Positions 17,125 through 25,342 of a stretch of 30,144 bases of DNA are shown in pieces. Position numbers and translations under genes: made by a program. A model generated the notes under the pieces. That model was not told the DNA's origin. It saw only the letters and a list, made by a program, of their open reading frames with translations, and searched no databases. Origin of the DNA: Vulcanimicrobiota bacterium (GTDB taxonomy: Bacteria; Vulcanimicrobiota; Vulcanimicrobiia; Vulcanimicrobiales; Vulcanimicrobiaceae). Numbering within the stretch: the stretch's first letter is position 1; every line of letters begins with the position of its first letter. Location of the stretch: assembly GCA_003135555.1 (NCBI GenBank), contig PLCF01000092.1, forward strand, positions 1 through 30,144, read 5' to 3'.

Positions 17125-17130
17125 TACTAT
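17125..17130 (+). promoter_or_regulatory. Putative -10 element of the Rieske/cytochrome b operon
   Basis: TACTAT in an otherwise GC-rich spacer, about 46 nt before the GTG; no clear -35. Confidence 0.4.
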
Positions 17131-17176
17131 CATGCGCGTAGGCGACCGACGGTGCCGAACCGAGTGAGGAGAGATC

Positions 17177-17812
17177 GTGGCTCACGCAGAGGCCTATAAA
17201 GACCCGGGGACGCCCGACGAACAGAGCCGTCGCACGTTCATGGCCAATGCCGTCGTCGCACTAGGCGGCGTCATCGGCCTGGGTCTAACGATCCCGTTGC
17301 TGGTGTCGCTGGTCCCGGCCCAAGACGCGAACAACGAAGAATGGTCGCCGCTGACGCCCGAACAGGCCGCCGCGTTGCGAAAAGCCACGGACAACCCGGT
17401 CAAGGTGACCTTCAACCTCCACGAGGTCAACGGCTACTTCGGAGCAACGGATTCCGAACAGTTCTTCTGGGCCGTCAAGGCCGACGAAGCCACGATGCGC
17501 AAGCGGCGTCCCGAGCTCTTTGGCGGGATCGAAAAGGTCCCGTACCCGGTGATCGCGCTGGGCTTCTCGGTGTTCAGCCCGATCTGCCCGCATCTCGGCT
17601 GCAGGTACTCGTGGGATTCGAAGATCTCGCGTTTCCATTGCCCCTGCCACGGCTCGGAGTTCGACAACTTGGGCTGGCACATAACCGGCGTCGGGCCGGC
17701 GCTGCGCGGGCTCGACCCGCTGCCGTTGCGCGAATTCAGCGGTAAGGTCCAAGTCTCGTGGATCGAGTACAAGCAGAACACTCCCGATCACATCATCCTC
17801 AAGGTCGGCTAG
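17177..17812 (+). CDS. qcrA: Rieske iron-sulfur subunit of quinol:cytochrome c reductase
   Basis: Tat motif SRRTFM plus TM; CPHLGC and CPCHGSEF; GPALRGL; GAGGAG SD. Confidence 0.93.
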   Translation: MAHAEAYKDPGTPDEQSRRTFMANAVVALGGVIGLGLTIPLLVSLVPAQDANNEEWSPLTPEQAAALRKATDNPVKVTFNLHEVNGYFGATDSEQFFWAVKADEATMRKRRPELFGGIEKVPYPVIALGFSVFSPICPHLGCRYSWDSKISRFHCPCHGSEFDNLGWHITGVGPALRGLDPLPLREFSGKVQVSWIEYKQNTPDHIILKVG

Positions 17813-17825
17813 AGGAGACGCGGCG

Positions 17826-19340
17826 ATGTTGACCTGGCTCGACCAACGAACCGGCGTCGTCACGGCGACGAAAGACTTCCTCACCGAGGACGTGCCCGGC
17901 GGCGCCAGCTACTGGTACGCCTTCGGCAGCGCGACGCTGTTCGCGCTGATGATCCAGATCGCGACGGGGATCTTCCTGTGCTTCTACTACGCGCCGTCGA
18001 CCGCGACCGCGTGGGAGTCGACCGACTACATGATCAAGCACGTGCCGCTGGGCTGGCTCGTGCTCTCGCTGCACTACTGGGGCGCCTCGGCGATGATCGC
18101 GTTCATGGCGATGCACTTGCTGCAAGGGCTGCTCTGGGGGGCCTACAAGAAGCCGCGCGAGCTGCAGTGGGTCGTGGGCGTGATCCTGTTCATCCTCACG
18201 CTGGTGCTGGGCTTGACCGGCTATCTGCTCCCGTGGGACCTCAACGCGCTGCTCGCGTCGAAGGTAGCGATCCAGATCGCCGGCTCGGCACCGATCTTGG
18301 GCCCCGCGATTTTGAACTCTCTCCAAGACGGCTCCGGGATCGGAACGCTGACGATCAACCGCTTTTTCGGGATTCACGTCTGGCTGGTGCCGGCGTTGCT
18401 CCTCGGACTGGTCGGCGCGCATCTCGCGATCTTCCGCTGGAACGGGCCCGCCGGGCCTCCGATCGACGAGGCTCCCAAGCTCAAGCCCGGCCGCTTCTGG
18501 CCGGATCAGATGTTCATGGACACCGTGCTGTCGTTCGCGATGTTCGTCGTCATCGTCGCGCTTGCGGTGTTCGCTCCCGCGCCCTTCGATGCCAAGGCCG
18601 ATCCCAACAACACGACCTTCGTCCCCTATCCCGCTTGGTATTTCCTCGCGCTGTACGCGCTGCTCGACGTGGTCGGCAAATTTCCGCCGGCGATCGTGCA
18701 GATGTCGACGCTGTTCGCGACGATCATCATGCCCGGAGCGCTGGTGGCGTTGTTGGTCGCACTTCCTTTCGTCGATCGCAACCCGTCGCGGCGGCTTTCA
18801 CGCCGCCCGTGGGTCCTCGGCATCACCGCGCTGACGCTCATCGGCGCGATCGCGCTGAGCTTCTTCGGCCAGTACAACGTGGTCCAAGGTCAAGTTGAGA
18901 AAGGCCTCGTCGGCGCGACCGCCGGCAACACGGCGACCACCGGCGGTGCCGCGCCGCAAATCGAAACGAACATCGGCAACAACCCCAACGGCGGCGGTGC
19001 CGCCGCCGGCCCGGGCGCCGCGAGCGCCGGCGCCACGGTGTACACGACCAACTGTTCGGGCTGCCACGCCGCCAACGGCAAAGGCACGCCCAGCGTCGCG
19101 CCGACGCTGGTGGGCAACGACGTCGTCACCGGGGATCCCAAGAAGGTCGTCGGGATCCTGCTCAACGGTCTCAACGGGAAGATCACGGTGAACGGTGAGG
19201 AGTGGAACGGCACCATGCCGCCGTGGAAGGGCACGCTCAGCAACAAGCAGGTCGCCGACGTGATCACCTACATCCGCAGCTCGTGGGGCAACAAAGCGGC
19301 GCCGGTTTCCGAAGCGGACGTCGCGGCCGCAGCCAAGTAG
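17826..19340 (+). CDS. qcrB: Fused cytochrome b (b6-like plus subunit IV) with C-terminal c-type cytochrome domain
   Basis: Four heme b His ligands, YKKPRELQW, GYLLPWD, GTLTINRFFGIH, Qo motif PAWY, Gly/Ala/Asn linker, CSGCH and distal MPPW. Confidence 0.93.
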   Translation: MLTWLDQRTGVVTATKDFLTEDVPGGASYWYAFGSATLFALMIQIATGIFLCFYYAPSTATAWESTDYMIKHVPLGWLVLSLHYWGASAMIAFMAMHLLQGLLWGAYKKPRELQWVVGVILFILTLVLGLTGYLLPWDLNALLASKVAIQIAGSAPILGPAILNSLQDGSGIGTLTINRFFGIHVWLVPALLLGLVGAHLAIFRWNGPAGPPIDEAPKLKPGRFWPDQMFMDTVLSFAMFVVIVALAVFAPAPFDAKADPNNTTFVPYPAWYFLALYALLDVVGKFPPAIVQMSTLFATIIMPGALVALLVALPFVDRNPSRRLSRRPWVLGITALTLIGAIALSFFGQYNVVQGQVEKGLVGATAGNTATTGGAAPQIETNIGNNPNGGGAAAGPGAASAGATVYTTNCSGCHAANGKGTPSVAPTLVGNDVVTGDPKKVVGILLNGLNGKITVNGEEWNGTMPPWKGTLSNKQVADVITYIRSSWGNKAAPVSEADVAAAAK

Positions 19341-19356
19341 CGCCGCGCGCCGCGAG

Positions 19357-19629
19357 TCAGTCGCGGCGCTTGGCGTTCGCCTCGAGCGCGTTGGGCGAGA
19401 GATTCGACGCGACGTCACGATAGAGGTGGCGCATCGCGTCGATCATGAGCGAACCGACGCGGAAGATCCCGTCGCCCGAGATGCGCACGGCGCTCCACGG
19501 TGTGCCCCCATGGCGCTGCACCAGGACGTACGTGTCGGCGCCGGCCGCGTAGATCGCGAACTGATCCGATTCGGCGACGAGCTCCATCGCCTCGACGACG
19601 GACGGATCGATCTTTTCGATGAAGTCCAT
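19357..19629 (-). CDS. Hypothetical protein (90 aa)
   Basis: Protein-like composition, fills the gap, ATG 6 nt after TAGGCT. Confidence 0.7.
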   Translation of the reverse strand: MDFIEKIDPSVVEAMELVAESDQFAIYAAGADTYVLVQRHGGTPWSAVRISGDGIFRVGSLMIDAMRHLYRDVASNLSPNALEANAKRRD

Positions 19630-19638
19630 GCTCGGAGC

Positions 19639-20070
19639 CTACTTGATCGGCACGACGATCGATGGCCGTCGCAACGTGTGTACGGTGACCGTCGCTTGTG
19701 TCGATAGCGCCCGCACCGCGCGCGGCTGCACGGTCACCCACGTCAGCCGCTGCGCGCACATCAAGCCCAGCGTTCCGGGTCGCCGGAACTGCGTGACGTT
19801 GAATTGCGCCGGGAAGACGGTTCCCTCGAAGATGTCAAAGCGCGCAGCTTGGCACGCGTCCTTCACTTCGGCCTGGCCGGTCAGGGTGAACCCCTTCGCC
19901 GTGCGGCGCGCGCGCAGGGAGCGCGCGTCGAGGGCCGGGGCCCCCGCGGGCATCGGCGCCATGGTCATGATCATCGGCGCGGGGGTGGATTGGGCCGTTG
20001 CGCCGCCCGCCCCGATCGCGACGAGGGTGGCGGCGCCCGCGCAGGCGGCGGCGAAACGCAGTGCGTGCAT
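19639..20070 (-). CDS. Secreted hypothetical protein (beta-rich, 2 Cys)
   Basis: Signal peptide MHALRFAAACAGAATLVAIGAGGATA, Met/Pro-rich N-terminus, DACQ...LMCAQ Cys pair. Confidence 0.68.
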   Translation of the reverse strand: MHALRFAAACAGAATLVAIGAGGATAQSTPAPMIMTMAPMPAGAPALDARSLRARRTAKGFTLTGQAEVKDACQAARFDIFEGTVFPAQFNVTQFRRPGTLGLMCAQRLTWVTVQPRAVRALSTQATVTVHTLRRPSIVVPIK

Positions 20071-20102
20071 GGGGCGTTGGTTCGCTGCGCCCGGCGGCGG
20101 CC

Positions 20103-21773
20103 CTAGGAATTCCGTTCGTGGGCCGGACAGGCCCGGCCGTCGACGTGCAGCAGCGCCGCGCGCGTATGTTGCGCCGACGGCGCCTGCATGATGATCTCGG
20201 CGCTGCGCTGCAGCGACCGGGCGAGCGCGACGAGACGCTCGGCGTCCTGCGGCCGGGTGACGATCCAAGCCGTCCCGCCCGAGCAGATGGTCGAGATGAA
20301 GCCGGCGTTGTTCTTGATGTCGCGCACGGGCGGGAGCGTGTAGAAGATCAGGCCGTTACCGCCGCTCACGCCGCCGATTGCGATCGTGTCGCCGGCCTTT
20401 CGCGTCGCGTCGATCGCACGCGCGATCGGGGGCATCGGCTTGAGCGGCTCGGCCGCCGGCTCCGCGATCAGCGCGATGAATAGCACCAACGCGCCGCTGG
20501 TGAGTGCGAGCACGTACGGCGACCAGGCCGCCGTGCCGCGACGCGCGATCGCGACGACCGTCAGCACGGAACCGGCGAGCATCGCCACGCCGAGAAAGAC
20601 GAGTTGATGGTTTACGACCGCGAGGTCGACGTCGAGGCTGTTGGTGCGCGAGAACCGGTCGATCGCGAACGCGACGCAGCCGACGAACACGGGGATCGAC
20701 AGCGCCGAGATCACCGCGGCACGGCGGTCCGCTCCGGCGCGCACGCGCTCGAACCAGAGCGCGACCAGGATCGCGAGTGCGGGCAGCACCATCGCGACGT
20801 AGTTCGGCAACTTCGTGTTCGCGAAGCTGAAGAAGACGAACGGCACGACGGTCCACACCAGCGCGAGCCGCGCGAAGCCCCCCTCGGGCCGGCGCGCCTC
20901 GCCCAGCGCCGCGGCCGCCGCCACCGGGACGAACGCGATCCACGGAAAGAACCCCAAGATGACGACGGGCAGGTAGTACCACAACGGCCCGGTCTGGTTC
21001 TCGATCACGCCGGTGTAGCGCCCGAACGTGTAGTGACCGATCAGCTCGCCGATCGCGGCCGGCCCCACGCGCGAGGCGAGCGCGATGAACCACGGTAGCG
21101 TCACCGCGAGATAGGCGAGCGCGCCCAACGCGAGCGCGCGCCGCCGCGGTGCCGCCAAGCGGCCCGCCCGCGCTTCCCAGAACGCCCACACCCCGATCAC
21201 CAGCCCGGTGATCACCGGTGCGACCGGTCCCTTGGCGAGCGTGCCCACCGCGAGCGCCAACGCGCCGCAGACGAACGCGGTATCGCGGCGGCGCGCGTCG
21301 CCCGACGGTTCGAGCGCGCGGTACCACCACAGCACCGCCGCCGCGATCGCGAAGTCGAGCAGCGCGTCCATGATGGCGAGGCGGCCGACGATCGCTTGCA
21401 TCAAGCTCGTCGACAGGACGATCGCGGCGATCATCCCGGCCCGCTCGCCGGCGATCCGCGCCGTCGCGTAGCCGACCGCGCCGCCCATCGCGATCGTCGC
21501 CAGCGCCGACGGGAGGCGCAGCGCGAAGGCCGTCACCCCGAAGACCTTCGCCAGCAGGGCCGCGATCCAGAAGTACAAGGGCGGCTGTACGAACCACGGC
21601 TGGCCGTTGAGGTGCATCACGACCCAGTCGTGCGTGAGCCCGACCTCACGGGCGACCTCACCGTAGGTCGTCTCGCTGTTATCCCACAGCGTGCCGATGC
21701 CGAGCCCCGGCAGGGTGACGAACGCGGCGAAGAGCGCGCCGAGTAGCGCCGCGCGCGCGGGGACGGATCGCAT
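20103..21773 (-). CDS. ArnT/PMT-like (GT-C fold) glycosyltransferase
   Basis: WDNSETTYGEVARE, QPPLYFW, ALRLPSA, LAKGPVA, GPLWYYLPV, TKLPNY; many TMs. ATG 21773 lies 7 nt after TATCTT. Confidence 0.9.
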   Translation of the reverse strand: MRSVPARAALLGALFAAFVTLPGLGIGTLWDNSETTYGEVAREVGLTHDWVVMHLNGQPWFVQPPLYFWIAALLAKVFGVTAFALRLPSALATIAMGGAVGYATARIAGERAGMIAAIVLSTSLMQAIVGRLAIMDALLDFAIAAAVLWWYRALEPSGDARRRDTAFVCGALALAVGTLAKGPVAPVITGLVIGVWAFWEARAGRLAAPRRRALALGALAYLAVTLPWFIALASRVGPAAIGELIGHYTFGRYTGVIENQTGPLWYYLPVVILGFFPWIAFVPVAAAAALGEARRPEGGFARLALVWTVVPFVFFSFANTKLPNYVAMVLPALAILVALWFERVRAGADRRAAVISALSIPVFVGCVAFAIDRFSRTNSLDVDLAVVNHQLVFLGVAMLAGSVLTVVAIARRGTAAWSPYVLALTSGALVLFIALIAEPAAEPLKPMPPIARAIDATRKAGDTIAIGGVSGGNGLIFYTLPPVRDIKNNAGFISTICSGGTAWIVTRPQDAERLVALARSLQRSAEIIMQAPSAQHTRAALLHVDGRACPAHERNS

Positions 21774-21792
21774 CTGCTGGAAGATAGGGCTT

Positions 21793-23715
21793 GTGTATCC
21801 CGTCGCCCTTTCGATGCGCGGCCGGCGCGCGGTCGTCGTCGGCGGCGGCGCGGTCGCCGAGCGCAAGGTCCGCGGCCTGCTGCCGGCGCAAGCGGCGGTC
21901 GTCGTCGTGAGCCCGAGCCTCACGCCCCCGCTCGCCGCGCTCGCCGAGGTCGGCGCGATCGCCTGGGAACCGCGGCGCTACACACCCGGCGACCTGGCCG
22001 GCGCCTTCATCGTGTTCGCGGCCACCGACGACGACGCGGTCAACGCTGCGGTCGTGGACGGGGCGCGAGCCGCGGGGATCCTGGTGAACGACGCCTCGGA
22101 CCCCGCCCGGGGGGATTTCGCGACGCCCGCGGTCCACCGGGCCGGACCCTTGACGGTCACCGTCGACTCGAGCGGGCTCTCGCCGGCCTTCACCAAGCGC
22201 ATCCGCGACGAGCTGGCCCTGCAGTTCGACTCCCGCTACGCGCGCGCGGCGGCGACGCTGGGCGCCCTGCGCGAGCGCGTGCAGGCGGTCGTCCCGCGCG
22301 AGCTGCGTGCGGTCGTGATGCAGCACTTCGCCGAACGCGACGTCGACGAGCTCGCGGCGATGCCGCCGGGAGCGGTCGAGCACGAGGTCGAGCGCACCGC
22401 CGAAACGCTCGCCGGGGTGGTCCCGGCTCAGACCAAAGCGTTGATCTGCGCGTCGCGTGCCAGCGCGCTGGCGATGACCCAATCGCGCAGCGTCATGGCG
22501 GCGCTCGCCCGCGCGGGGTTGCCTTCGACGGTCCTCGAGGTCACGACGCGCGGCGACACGTTCGGGGACCGCCCGATCGCGGCGATCGGCGGCGAGAACG
22601 TCTTCGTCACCGAGCTCGAACGGGCGCTGCGGGCGGGGCAGGCCGACTACGCGGTGCACTCCGCCAAAGATCTGCCCAGCACGCTCCCCGACGACATGAT
22701 CCTGGCCGCGGTCACCGTGCGCGAGGACGCGCGCGACGCATTCTGCTCGGAACGCTATCCCAGCTTCGCCGAGCTGCCCGCCGGCGCGCGGGTCGGGACC
22801 TCGTCGCCGCGGCGGCGCGCCCAGCTGCGCGCGCAACGCGACGACCTCACCTACGACGACGTGCGCGGCAACGTCGACACGCGGCTGCGCAAGTTGCGCG
22901 ACGGCGCGTACGACGCGGTGGTGCTGGCCTGCGCCGGCTTGAACCGGCTCGGCGTGCACGCGACCTACACGGTGCCGTTTGCGGTGGACATCGTCACCCC
23001 GGCCGTCGGGCAAGGAGCGCTGGCGATCGAAACCCGTGCCGGCGATCCGCTCGCGCACCGGCTCGACGCCGTGCTGACCGATCCGCAGAGCTCGATCGCG
23101 GTCCGCGCCGAGCGCGCGTTCCTGCGCACCCTGCGCGGCGGTTGCCAGGCCCCGATCGGATGCCACGCCGCCTGGGCGGCCGGGCGCTTTCACATCGTCG
23201 GCGCGATCGCGGCCCGCGACGGGTCGCGAGTAGTGCGCTCCGCTCGCGACGCGGTGATCGACGTGCGCGACCTCGCTTCGGCCGAAGCGATGGCGGTCGC
23301 GCTCGCGGGCGACCTGTTGGCGGAGGGCGGCGCGTCGCTGCTGGGGGGACCGCTCACCGGCCGGGTCTTCCTGTTGCCGCGGACGCAGGACCGGCCCAGC
23401 CGCATCGCCCCCGCGCTGCGCGATGCCGGCGCCGAGGTCGTCGAGGTGCCCGATAGCGCGAGCGCGGTGCGGGCGCTCGGAGGCCGGATCCCGAACGCGA
23501 TCCTGTTCCCGTCGTCGGGCTCGGTCGGCGCGATCACCGACTACCTCGCCGAGCTGCGAGGTGGGGGTCATCGTCCGCTCGTCGCCGCGATGGGACCATC
23601 CTCGTCGGCGACGGCCGGCGCGCTCGGCTGGCCGCCCGACGTCGTTGCACCCTCCGCCGAGGTCGGTGCGTTCGTACAGAGCGTGACGCGGATCGTCTTG
23701 GAGAACGGCGCATGA
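21793..23715 (+). CDS. hemC: Fusion: precorrin-2 dehydrogenase/ferrochelatase (SirC/CysG-N) + hydroxymethylbilane synthase + partial HemD-like domain
   Basis: YPVAL..VVVGGGAVAERK Rossmann motif; HemC motifs SRASALA, VHSAKDLP, GTSSPRR, RGNVDTRL, GGCQAPIG; C-terminal LTGRVFLLPR...FPSSGSV...AAMGP. Confidence 0.9.
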   Translation: MYPVALSMRGRRAVVVGGGAVAERKVRGLLPAQAAVVVVSPSLTPPLAALAEVGAIAWEPRRYTPGDLAGAFIVFAATDDDAVNAAVVDGARAAGILVNDASDPARGDFATPAVHRAGPLTVTVDSSGLSPAFTKRIRDELALQFDSRYARAAATLGALRERVQAVVPRELRAVVMQHFAERDVDELAAMPPGAVEHEVERTAETLAGVVPAQTKALICASRASALAMTQSRSVMAALARAGLPSTVLEVTTRGDTFGDRPIAAIGGENVFVTELERALRAGQADYAVHSAKDLPSTLPDDMILAAVTVREDARDAFCSERYPSFAELPAGARVGTSSPRRRAQLRAQRDDLTYDDVRGNVDTRLRKLRDGAYDAVVLACAGLNRLGVHATYTVPFAVDIVTPAVGQGALAIETRAGDPLAHRLDAVLTDPQSSIAVRAERAFLRTLRGGCQAPIGCHAAWAAGRFHIVGAIAARDGSRVVRSARDAVIDVRDLASAEAMAVALAGDLLAEGGASLLGGPLTGRVFLLPRTQDRPSRIAPALRDAGAEVVEVPDSASAVRALGGRIPNAILFPSSGSVGAITDYLAELRGGGHRPLVAAMGPSSSATAGALGWPPDVVAPSAEVGAFVQSVTRIVLENGA

Positions 23716-24740
23716 CCCAAGTGAAGCCCTTCGACGTGGCTCTCGGCGACAGGACCGGAACGCGGTTGATCGCGCGGCCGCGCCGGTTGCGCTCGAGCGC
23801 GGCGATGCGCGGGCTGGTGCGCGAGACGCGGGTCAATCCCGACGGCCTCGTTGCGCCGCTGTTCGTCGTCGCGGGCGACGGGGTGGTCCAGCCCATCGGG
23901 TCGATGCCCGGCGTCGCGCGCTTCTCGGTCGACACGGTGGTTCGCGAGTGTCGCGAGCTCGACGCCGCAGGGGTCCGCGCCGTGCTCCTGTTCGGCATCC
24001 CGGAGGCCGCCGCCAAAGACGCCTATGCGACCGTCAACTACGACCCCAACGGGATCGTGCAACGCGCCGCGGGCGCGATCAAGGACGCGCTGCCGCACCT
24101 GCTGGTGATCGCCGACCTGTGCAACTGCGAGTACACCGATCACGGCCACTGCGGCATCGTCGACGCGGCCGGTGAGATCGACAACGACCGGACGCTGGAG
24201 ATCCTCGCCAAGACCGCCCTGACGTACGCCCGCGCCGGCGTCGACATCGTCGCCCCGTCGGACATGATGGACGGCCGCGTCGCCGCCATCCGCACGGCGC
24301 TCGACGACGACGGCTTCACCAAGACCGCGATCATGTCGTACGCGGCGAAGTACGCATCGGCTTTCTACGGGCCGTTCCGCGAAGCCGCCGAGTCGACGCC
24401 CGCGTTCGGCGACCGGCGCACGTATCAGATGGATCCGGCCAATCGTCGCGAGGCGCTCAAGGAAGTCCGGCTGGACGTGGAAGAAGGCGCCGACATCGTC
24501 ATGGTCAAGCCGGCGATGGCGTACCTCGACGTGGTTTGCAGCGTCCGCGAGATGACCGATCTTCCGCTCGCCGTCTACCACGTAAGCGGCGAATACGCGA
24601 TGCTCAAAGCGGCTGCGGAGCGCGGTTGGATCGACGAGGACCGCGCCGTGGACGAAACGCTCACCGCGATCGCCCGCGCCGGCGCCGACATCATCATCAC
24701 CTACTTCGCCAAAGATTACTTGCGCCGGACGCGCTCGTGA
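23712..24740 (+). CDS. hemB: Porphobilinogen synthase (Zn-type)
   Basis: RPRRLR, DLCNCEYTDHGHCG, APSDMMDGRV, YAAKYASAFYGPFREA, MVKPA. Confidence 0.97.
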   Translation: MTQVKPFDVALGDRTGTRLIARPRRLRSSAAMRGLVRETRVNPDGLVAPLFVVAGDGVVQPIGSMPGVARFSVDTVVRECRELDAAGVRAVLLFGIPEAAAKDAYATVNYDPNGIVQRAAGAIKDALPHLLVIADLCNCEYTDHGHCGIVDAAGEIDNDRTLEILAKTALTYARAGVDIVAPSDMMDGRVAAIRTALDDDGFTKTAIMSYAAKYASAFYGPFREAAESTPAFGDRRTYQMDPANRREALKEVRLDVEEGADIVMVKPAMAYLDVVCSVREMTDLPLAVYHVSGEYAMLKAAAERGWIDEDRAVDETLTAIARAGADIIITYFAKDYLRRTRS

Positions 24741-25342
24741 AGGTCAGCGTCTGCATTCTGGCGGGGGGACAGGCTACGCGGCTGCCCGGGAAGTTGGGCC
24801 TGGAGCTGGGCGACATCCCGATGCTCGTGCGGGTCTATCGCAACGTGTCGCCCGCACGCGAGACCTGGCTTTCTACTAAAGGGGCGCTGCCGCCGGAGAT
24901 CGACGCGCAACTCGCCGGCGCGCGTCAGGTGGTCGACCGCTGGCCGCTACGCGGCCCGCTCTCGGGGCTGCTCTCGACGTTGAGCGAGATGCGCGCCGAG
25001 TGGGTGTTCGCGGTCGCCGGCGACGCGCCGTTCGTCGATGCGCGGTTCATCGACGGCTTGCAGGCCCACATTGCGCCGCAGCACGAGGCGATCGTCCCGA
25101 TGCACGGCGAGAACGGCCAGCGCATCGAGCCGCTCGCGGCCCTGTACCGGCGCGAAGCCTTCTTGCGCGAGGGGACGCCGGTACTGCTGGGCGGTCACGG
25201 CGCTCTGCGTTTGGTGATCGATCGTTTGCAGACGCGATTCGTTCCGGTCAAAGACGAGCGCGCGTTCGAAAACGTCAACACGCCCGAAGACTACGCCAAG
25301 GCCCGCGGCGCGCTCGTACCGGGTACCGAGGTCGAGGCGTGA
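24737..25342 (+). CDS. mobA: Molybdenum cofactor guanylyltransferase
   Basis: ILAGGQATRL, GPLSGL, GDAPF, EPLAALY, FENVNTPEDY; GTGA overlaps on both sides. Confidence 0.85.
   Translation: MKVSVCILAGGQATRLPGKLGLELGDIPMLVRVYRNVSPARETWLSTKGALPPEIDAQLAGARQVVDRWPLRGPLSGLLSTLSEMRAEWVFAVAGDAPFVDARFIDGLQAHIAPQHEAIVPMHGENGQRIEPLAALYRREAFLREGTPVLLGGHGALRLVIDRLQTRFVPVKDERAFENVNTPEDYAKARGALVPGTEVEA

Noticed and set aside
17004..17142. Hairpins in the DUF2630/Rieske divergent spacer (CCCGCTCG/CGAGCGGG; TACGCG/CGCGTA)
   Set aside because: Short GC-rich stems expected by chance; no recognisable riboswitch or terminator features.
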